Source: an archaeon
GTDB lineage: Archaea; Iainarchaeota; Iainarchaeia; Iainarchaeales; JANQMZ01
NCBI GenBank assembly: GCA_028279805.1
Contig: JANQMZ010000007.1
Location: 570,001-602,000 of the forward strand
DNA length: 32,000 nucleotides
Direction: 5' to 3'
Shown piece by piece: positions 26,531 through 32,000 of this stretch. Numbering within the stretch: the first letter of the stretch is position 1; the number at the start of each line of letters is the position of its first letter. The notes under the pieces were generated by a model. It was not told where the DNA came from. It searched no databases and saw only the letters and a list, made by a program, of their open reading frames with translations. The translations under genes and the position numbers were made by a program.

Positions 26531-27043
26531 TTGTATGTTGTTGATTTCAGGGGAAACAGAACGGGTGAAACTGTTGACCGGTGGGAAGCACACACCAGCC
26601 CGGGAGTCAAACATCTGGCTTTTGCCATTTTTGTTCAGAATAAAAAAAATGAGTTTATTTTGCATAAAAGACCGAACAGAAAAGTCGGAGGCGATAAATG
26701 GGATACTCCTGTGAGCCATGTTTTAGAAGGGGAAACAGAAGAAGAAGCAATGCAGCGTTGTCTGAAAGAAGAATACGGAATTGATAAAAAAGTTGAATTT
26801 GAACATTTTGGAGGTTTTTCTTATGAGGAAAGATATCCCGACGGAACATGTGAAAATGAGTTTTGCCTTGTCAGCGTTTGCAAATATAACGGAAAAATTG
26901 TTGCAAATGAAAAAGAAGTTGAAGAATTAAAAAAATTGCCGGTGAAAGAAGCGGTTAATGAATGGAAAAACAATTTTAGAAATTATACAATTTGGTTTAA
27001 CAAATCAGTTAGCTTATTATCAAAAAAAGGTTTTTTTAAATAA
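26531..27043 (+). CDS. idi: Isopentenyl-diphosphate isomerase type 1-like Nudix protein; coding probably begins upstream near 26477-26483
   Basis: KHLAFAIFVQNKKNEFILHKRPNRKVGGDKWDTPVSHVLEGETEEEAMQRCLKEEYGI Nudix-like box plus C..E.EFCLV. Genomic context of the mevalonate cluster. Confidence 0.75.
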   Translation: MYVVDFRGNRTGETVDRWEAHTSPGVKHLAFAIFVQNKKNEFILHKRPNRKVGGDKWDTPVSHVLEGETEEEAMQRCLKEEYGIDKKVEFEHFGGFSYEERYPDGTCENEFCLVSVCKYNGKIVANEKEVEELKKLPVKEAVNEWKNNFRNYTIWFNKSVSLLSKKGFFK

Positions 27044-27057
27044 AAAAAAGAAAAAGA

Positions 27058-27078
27058 GGCTTTTTAGTTAAAAAAGCC
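27058..27078 (-). terminator. Perfect hairpin between convergent genes, with a T-rich tract on the minus-strand side
   Basis: GGCTTTTT(27058-27065)-AGTTA-AAAAAGCC(27071-27078). Reading minus, it is followed by TCTTTTTCTTTTTTTT. Confidence 0.5.
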
Positions 27079-27282
27079 GTCATTTATTCCTGAGTCTTCC
27101 AGGTTAACAGTGCTGTCAAGCAAATCTTCTATTTCCTTTAACTCATCTGATAAGTTGTTAACTTCATCCTCTGAAACACTATCCTCATTTAATTCTGAGG
27201 ACTTTTGCTCAAATGAAGTGCAACCGCTTAACAGGAACACAGAGAAAAGGAAAATAAAAGCCAGAGAAAATGTTTTTTTCAT
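27064..27282 (-). CDS. Small putative lipoprotein
   Basis: MKKTFSLAFIFLFSVFLLSGCTS signal peptide with lipobox, then an acidic tail. Confidence 0.65.
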   Translation of the reverse strand: MKKTFSLAFIFLFSVFLLSGCTSFEQKSSELNEDSVSEDEVNNLSDELKEIEDLLDSTVNLEDSGINDGFFN

Positions 27283-27286
27283 TTTA

Positions 27287-28540
27287 TCAGGCTTCCTCCG
27301 TTTCTAAAGCATCTTCAAGTTCTTCAACAGCTTCATCTGCGTCAGTTGTGTCAATTTCAACCAAATCAGTTTCAGCTGTATTCAGATGCCTGATTATTTG
27401 TTTAATCAGCTTGAAGTCTTCTTTCATTACATGATATGCTTTTCTTAAGAGATTGTTTGCTTTTTTCAGAATTTCGTGCCTTTTTTCAAAGTCATTTTCT
27501 TCTGAAGCCTGTCTCCACTGTTCTTTGAGTTCCTGATGTGCATTAATTACCCTGTCTAAATGATTCCTTAAAACATTTAAAGCTCGTTCAAGCTTTGCTT
27601 TAACATCCTCATTTTCAACATTGGCAATTCTGTCAGACAAATTGTCATACAAACTTTCAGCCCTTTCAATTAAGTTTGAAAGCTTGTCATTCAAAAATCC
27701 TGCAGCCTTGTTTTGAACATTGGCCCGGGCAGAATTCCAGAAACGCCTGATTTTTTTTGCAGCATCAATTACCTGATCCTGTGTTGGTTCATCTTGCAAC
27801 TCAGCTTTGATTTGTTCAAAGTTCAGTTTTACTTCCTCAAGATTGTCAGGGGCAACTCCTTTGTCTTCTAATGCATCCAAATGATGTAAGATTGCATCAA
27901 TCTGGTGAATCAAAGTTTCAACTGCATTGTCTTTCAGTTTTTCCCTTAATTCAGCTTTTCTGTCTTCATCTGCATTTCTAAACTCTTGTCTTACATCATG
28001 AAGCTTCTCTCTCAATTCCTGGAAACGATCTTTCTTTTCAAGATACTTTTCTCTCAAATCAAAAAATTTGCCTCTTGCTGTAAGATAATTTCTTTTAGCA
28101 TCTGTGATTTTCTTGCCAAGTTCTCTTTTGATGTCTTCTCTTTCATCTGAAATTTCCTTTATTTTAGCTGCAACCAAAGGACTTTTTATAACAGCCCTGA
28201 TTTTTTCAGGAATAGGTCTGTGAGTAACAGGCCCGTCCGAATCTGAACTGTCATCATCAGTGTTGTCAGAATCTGTTGAATCATCTTCTTCAAGCGAACA
28301 AGTTTCTCCAACTGTTACTGCGTCAGATAATTTTCTGACAGGTTCAACTCCTATTCTGCGAGCTTCACATTCATTTCCATGAACTCTGCCGTCAGAACCG
28401 CAAACCGGTTCAAAAACAGCCAGGCAAGCTTCAAATTCATCTGAATCATTTGTGCTTACTTCATGGTTGTCAGCAAAAGCCAGCGGAATAGCTGAAAATA
28501 ACAGCATTGTCGCCATTAGCAAATTTAGCATTTTTTTCAT
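27287..28540 (-). CDS. Secreted protein with N-terminal Kazal-like Cys domain and long helical/coiled-coil region
   Basis: Signal peptide MKKMLNLLMATMLLFSAIPLAFA, CLAVFEPVCGSDGRVHGNECEARRIG...GETC, Asp/Ser linker, then about 300 aa of charged helix. GGAGGT ribosome-binding site. Confidence 0.8.
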   Translation of the reverse strand: MKKMLNLLMATMLLFSAIPLAFADNHEVSTNDSDEFEACLAVFEPVCGSDGRVHGNECEARRIGVEPVRKLSDAVTVGETCSLEEDDSTDSDNTDDDSSDSDGPVTHRPIPEKIRAVIKSPLVAAKIKEISDEREDIKRELGKKITDAKRNYLTARGKFFDLREKYLEKKDRFQELREKLHDVRQEFRNADEDRKAELREKLKDNAVETLIHQIDAILHHLDALEDKGVAPDNLEEVKLNFEQIKAELQDEPTQDQVIDAAKKIRRFWNSARANVQNKAAGFLNDKLSNLIERAESLYDNLSDRIANVENEDVKAKLERALNVLRNHLDRVINAHQELKEQWRQASEENDFEKRHEILKKANNLLRKAYHVMKEDFKLIKQIIRHLNTAETDLVEIDTTDADEAVEELEDALETEEA

Positions 28541-28626
28541 TGTTTTTACCTCCGTTGTTTTTTGAACAATTGAAATAATTGCCTGTTTTTTTGTTTAAAT
28601 GCATTCTTTTCAGAAACTTTACAACG

Positions 28627-28636
28627 CTTTATAAAG
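28627..28636. promoter_or_regulatory. Palindromic TATA-like box CTTTATAAAG between divergent genes
   Basis: Located 32 nt before the 28668 start, in the 127-nt divergent intergenic region. Confidence 0.4.
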
Positions 28637-28667
28637 TTTTAAAAGGGCTTTCAGGTTAGTATTTTGC

Positions 28668-29372
28668 ATGGCTTCAAAAAGCTTTAAGGGCATTTTAAGC
28701 ATTTTTTTGATTATTTTTCTGGCTTTTAATGTTCACGGAGCAACACTAAAAGGAACAGCATTTGAATGGTTTTCTTTAGAGCCCTTGGATGGGGTAATAA
28801 TTGACATTGACTCTGTTCCGCAACAAAGAGTTATCACACAAAATTCCGGGCAATACTCTTTCATTCTGCCTCCCGGAGAATATTCTTTGCATGCGGAATA
28901 TTTTGAAAATTCAGAATTAGTGTATGTTGAAGATGAAAATATTGTAATTGCTGATGACGGAGAATTTAATTTGGATTTGATAATGTTTCCCGTTTTGACC
29001 GACCCCGATCTGGACGATGAGGATTTGGATGTCGAGGATCCTTTTCCGCAGGAAAATCTGAATTCTGTTTATAATGCTTTAATCGGATTGTTTGCAATAA
29101 TTCTGGTTGTATGGTTTTTCTTTTTGAGAAAAAAAGGCAACGGAACAAATAATGTTCAGGATATTAAAGAGGAAAGCCTGGATGAATATGCGCAAGAAGT
29201 TCTTGAATTGTTAAAAAAATCCGGCAACAGGCTGACTCAAAAAGAAATTCGTGATAAAATTACTCATATAGGGGAAGCAAAAATTTCATTGATTATCAGT
29301 GAACTGGAAGCAGCGGGAAAGATTAAAAAAATCAAAAAAGGCAGAGGCAACATCATAGTACTAAAAGAGTGA
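28668..29372 (+). CDS. Membrane-anchored winged-helix protein with extracellular carboxypeptidase-regulatory-like beta domain
   Basis: Signal peptide, TLKGTAFEWFSLEPLDGVIIDIDSVPQQRVITQNSGQYSFILPPGEYSLHAEY beta domain, TM helix VYNALIGLFAIILVVWFFF, and cytoplasmic LTQKEIRDKITHIGEAKISLIISELEAAGKIKKIKKGRGNIIVL wing. Confidence 0.8.
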   Translation: MASKSFKGILSIFLIIFLAFNVHGATLKGTAFEWFSLEPLDGVIIDIDSVPQQRVITQNSGQYSFILPPGEYSLHAEYFENSELVYVEDENIVIADDGEFNLDLIMFPVLTDPDLDDEDLDVEDPFPQENLNSVYNALIGLFAIILVVWFFFLRKKGNGTNNVQDIKEESLDEYAQEVLELLKKSGNRLTQKEIRDKITHIGEAKISLIISELEAAGKIKKIKKGRGNIIVLKE

Positions 29373-29382
29373 GGCTTTTTGA

Positions 29383-29622
29383 TTGATTGAACTTAATATT
29401 GATTTGGGTTTTAAGCTAATCGGAGCCATAGGCCTGATTTTAATAACCAAAGGAGTTATTGAAAAAAAGAGAATTAATGCTATAATGTTTTTTATAGGCG
29501 GAGGCATATTACTTGAAATTTACAGCCTTTATATTCAGGATATCGTTTTCATAATACTTCAATTAATTTTTACAATTGTTGCAATTCACCAATTTTTGAA
29601 ACTAAAAAAAGTGTTAAAGTAA
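29383..29622 (+). CDS. Small hydrophobic membrane protein
   Basis: 79 aa with about three hydrophobic segments. Directly follows the gene at 28668. Confidence 0.55.
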   Translation: MIELNIDLGFKLIGAIGLILITKGVIEKKRINAIMFFIGGGILLEIYSLYIQDIVFIILQLIFTIVAIHQFLKLKKVLK

Positions 29623-30426
29623 TTTTCTGAGTTTTTCAAATTCAATGCTTTGATTATTAAGCATTTCAATTATTCTTTGCTTTTCTTTCCCCATCCCTTT
29701 ATGATCAATTATAACTCTTTTAGGTTTTTCAACACTTTTGTCAAACGCCTGCTGAAGCATTTCAGGAGTCAATTCATGCAAGGAATGCTTTGGGCAGATG
29801 TGAGAAAAAGCAAAATTTTTTCTTTGAACTAACTTGGAAAATTCTATTGCATAATGTGTCCCACCCAGACCAATAACCGGTTCAGCATCAGACTCCAGAG
29901 AAGTTGCTTCCATAATCGTTTCAGCAATGGCCAAAGCTCCTTTTTCATTTTTCCAGGATTTTTCTTCCGATCCAAGCTCGACAAAAATACACGGAGTATC
30001 AAGATAAGGGCCATGGTGTGTTGTCTCCGTTTCAATCTCATAATCTTTTAATGAAAATTTTTCTTTTTTTTCCAGCAAGGAAAGAAAATAATTGCGTAAC
30101 AAAAAAGCGCTTGATTTGACCAGTTTTTTCGTTTTGCCTCCCAAAGTGCCTTGCCCCCAGCAGCCAATCGGATGGCAGGTTAAGGCAGGAATTCCTGCTT
30201 TTGAAGAATGCCTGGAAGCAAAAATAAAAAAATCTGAATTATGCAAAGCCAAATGGTCAGCATTTAAAGGTTCTTTGTCAATGGTTAGCAGTTCAAAATC
30301 CTTAAATGAATAAATTGGCTCGTTATCAAAAGATTTTTCTGTTTCTTTGAACGAAAAATTTTCCAAGAGCCTTTGCTTAATATTTAAATCGGCTGTATTT
30401 TTTTTGGAAACAACTATTGTATACAT
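29614..30426 (-). CDS. dtdA: D-aminoacyl-tRNA deacylase, archaeal/GEK1 type
   Basis: HSSKAGIPALTCHPIGCWG, THHGPYLDTPCIFVELGS, VIGLGGTHYAIEFSKL, IDHKGMGKEKQRI. Confidence 0.92.
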   Translation of the reverse strand: MYTIVVSKKNTADLNIKQRLLENFSFKETEKSFDNEPIYSFKDFELLTIDKEPLNADHLALHNSDFFIFASRHSSKAGIPALTCHPIGCWGQGTLGGKTKKLVKSSAFLLRNYFLSLLEKKEKFSLKDYEIETETTHHGPYLDTPCIFVELGSEEKSWKNEKGALAIAETIMEATSLESDAEPVIGLGGTHYAIEFSKLVQRKNFAFSHICPKHSLHELTPEMLQQAFDKSVEKPKRVIIDHKGMGKEKQRIIEMLNNQSIEFEKLRKLL

Positions 30427-30432
30427 AACAAG

Positions 30433-30903
30433 TCATTTTTTGTAATTTTGGGAAATTTTATCTAAAACTGTTTCAATTTCATCAAGAGAATAATTTACAT
30501 CATTTCTGACCCAGTGTGAAAAAGATTCCTTTAAATCCATCCGGTCAGCCCGCGGAGCAGGATTTAAAAAATACAAATTTTTTTTTCTTACAATAATACC
30601 CCATTCGATTAATTTGCTTAAATGATACCTGATTAATTTTTCTGAAACATTTAATTTGTATTTTTCTTTTAATTTTTTCTGAATATCAAAAGTGCCCGGG
30701 TTGGATTTTTTTGTTATCAGAAAATAGAAAACAGTGTCCAGAATATTTAATGCGGTGTTCCTTTCATCTTTTTCCGAAACCATTCCGAAAGCCAGTGCAA
30801 ACCATCTGAGCAGAGAACGCTTTGTCAGCTTTACAGAGGGGGGCAGATCCATTTTTCTTATTATGAATGTTTTTCTGATTAATTCAAGTTCCGGTTTTGC
30901 CAT
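30433..30903 (-). CDS. Winged-helix-like archaeal protein of unknown function
   Basis: 156 aa. NPGTFDIQKKLKEKYKLNVSEKLIRYHLSKLIEWGIIVRKKNLYFL resembles a wHTH. GGTGAT ribosome-binding site at 30907-30912 (minus). Confidence 0.7.
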   Translation of the reverse strand: MAKPELELIRKTFIIRKMDLPPSVKLTKRSLLRWFALAFGMVSEKDERNTALNILDTVFYFLITKKSNPGTFDIQKKLKEKYKLNVSEKLIRYHLSKLIEWGIIVRKKNLYFLNPAPRADRMDLKESFSHWVRNDVNYSLDEIETVLDKISQNYKK

Positions 30904-30912
30904 ACAATCACC

Positions 30913-30990
30913 TGCGCCTTCGGCGCAAGCGCCACTGAAAGTGGCACGACGTGCAGCCTGAGTCAGCAGGCTCGGAAAAAAGTTTTTTCC
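30913..30990. repeat. GC-rich cluster of tandem inverted repeats (4-5 hairpins)
   Basis: TGCGCC-TTC-GGCGCA (30913-30927); GCCACT-GAA-AGTGGC (30931-30945); GCAC-GAC-GTGC (30944-30954, alternative pairing); AGCCTG-AGTCAG-CAGGCT (30955-30972); GGAAAAAA-G-TTTTTTCC (30974-30990). Confidence 0.75.
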
Positions 30991-31070
30991 TTTGGCAAAA
31001 AATAGTTTAAAGTGTTATTTAAGGTTTTTGATTAGTGTAGTTTTTAAGCTTTTTTGGAATCAATGGTAAT

Positions 31071-31427
31071 ATGGCGTTAAGGATTGAATACAGGTTTACT
31101 CCGTTAAGGCTTGTTATTGACAGAAAAGAGCCTGTTCAGATGAAGGTTACTCTTACAAATGTTGGAGCTGAACCGGAAAAAATTTCACTAAAAACAGTTT
31201 TATCAAAAGAATTGGGGATGGATAAAAGCGGTATAAAAAACGCGGCGCTGGAAAGAATTGATTCTCTGGAGCCTGGAGAATCCAAAGTTTTCTATTATGA
31301 TATAAATGCAAAGCATTCAACAACACCGGGCGAGCATCAGATTACTGTTGTGGCTGAAGAGCATTACCGGGATTATAACCACAAAAAACAGGAATACATG
31401 GTTAATGCGGAAATAAGAGTTGAATAA
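31071..31427 (+). CDS. Small all-beta protein of unknown function
   Basis: 118 aa. VDRKEPVQMKVTLTNVGAEPEKISLKTVL...LEPGESKVFYYDINAK...TPGEHQITVVAEEHY pattern resembles an Ig-like/CARDB-like domain. Confidence 0.6.
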   Translation: MALRIEYRFTPLRLVIDRKEPVQMKVTLTNVGAEPEKISLKTVLSKELGMDKSGIKNAALERIDSLEPGESKVFYYDINAKHSTTPGEHQITVVAEEHYRDYNHKKQEYMVNAEIRVE

Positions 31428-31465
31428 TTACACAAATTGTTGGACAAACGTTTTTTGGTGACCTC

Positions 31466-31798
31466 GTGGGACTTAAGGAAACAAAAACCGGTTTGAATAA
31501 AATAAAGCTTCTTAATTTAAATGATGGAAAAGTTTGGGAAATTTTGAATGTTGCCCGGGAAAAGAAAGGGTTTGATTCCGGCTTTATAAAAAAAATTTAC
31601 AATAACATTCTGTGGCTTAAAAAGGAAAATGAGAAGATGAGGAAGGAAAAAGACAAACATTTGGAAATTGAATATGGGGATAAGGAAAAAGCTGATGAAA
31701 TTGACAAAAATGTTGAAAAAATTGAGGAAAATATTAAACCGGTTTGGGATGAATTAGTTAAAGATTTGAAAACTGTTGAAATTGGTTTTGAAGATTAA
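31466..31798 (+). CDS. Small charged helical hypothetical protein
   Basis: 110 aa. GTG start with GGTGA ribosome-binding site at 31457-31461. Confidence 0.55.
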   Translation: MGLKETKTGLNKIKLLNLNDGKVWEILNVAREKKGFDSGFIKKIYNNILWLKKENEKMRKEKDKHLEIEYGDKEKADEIDKNVEKIEENIKPVWDELVKDLKTVEIGFED

Positions 31799-31836
31799 TG
31801 TTTTTATACCAGAAACGCTTAATTTTAGTGATTTAA

Positions 31837-32000
31837 ATGGATTTACCACACAGGCCAAGCAATAGACCTAATAAGTTTGTGAGAAGAGATTCTGTTCTTA
31901 GAGGTAAAAAAGAGCTTATAGAGCGTTTAGCCAGACAACAAGCCCGGCAAAATGGTGCCGATGTTGGAAGCCTAATGCATTATATTGAACGATTAAGGGA
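31837..32000 (+). CDS. Partial hypothetical ORF running off the window end
   Basis: MDLPHRPSNRPNKFVRRDSVLRGKKELIERLARQQARQNGADVGSLMHYIERLR..., open to base 32000. Not in the supplied track. Confidence 0.4.
   Translation, partial: MDLPHRPSNRPNKFVRRDSVLRGKKELIERLARQQARQNGADVGSLMHYIERLR

Noticed and set aside
30931-30972. Possible cobalamin riboswitch, because GCCACTG and GAGTCAG/CAGG strings occur
   Set aside because: The strings lie in adjacent simple hairpins, lack the conserved core order and spacing of the B12 riboswitch, and the flanking gene has no B12 link.
1-32000. CRISPR array, transposase, integrase, toxin-antitoxin or defence island
   Set aside because: No regularly spaced direct repeats, Cas-like, recombinase or nuclease-effector proteins recognised. 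The gene content is metabolic, informational and surface-related.

Overview
This window reads as archaeal chromosome and is probably DPANN-like. That is an inference from gene content, a class III pilin signal peptide, GGTGA-type ribosome-binding sites and TATA-like promoters; I cannot assign a phylum. From left to right it contains: (1) a type IV pilus / archaellum-like secretion cluster with a pilin, two TadC/FlaJ-like membrane proteins, a secretion ATPase and a Lys-rich winged-helix protein; (2) a bacterial-type CoaD/CoaE pair; (3) a B12-dependent (class II) ribonucleotide reductase; (4) an intergenic element at 10687-10770 that folds on paper into a closed three-way-junction RNA with its own TATA-like box and downstream T-run; (5) a KaiC/RadA-like ATPase, a DHH/RecJ-like phosphoesterase, a polyprenyl diphosphate synthase and pyruvate phosphate dikinase; (6) a tandem-domain ThyX-like protein whose signature motif appears divided between the two copies; (7) a mevalonate cluster that looks complete by the classical route (class II HMG-CoA reductase, HMG-CoA synthase, thiolase, DUF35, HAD phosphatase, mevalonate kinase, diphosphomevalonate decarboxylase, phosphomevalonate kinase, type 1 IPP isomerase), which is unusual for archaea; (8) a secreted Kazal-like/coiled-coil protein, a membrane-anchored winged-helix protein, an archaeal D-aminoacyl-tRNA deacylase, and a GC-rich cluster of tandem hairpins at 30913-30990. 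I found no CRISPR array, tRNA, rRNA, transposase or recognisable defence system. The strongest candidates for something new are the structured RNA, the hairpin cluster and the ThyX-like protein. All folds were made by hand and all family calls were made by motif recognition without database searches.
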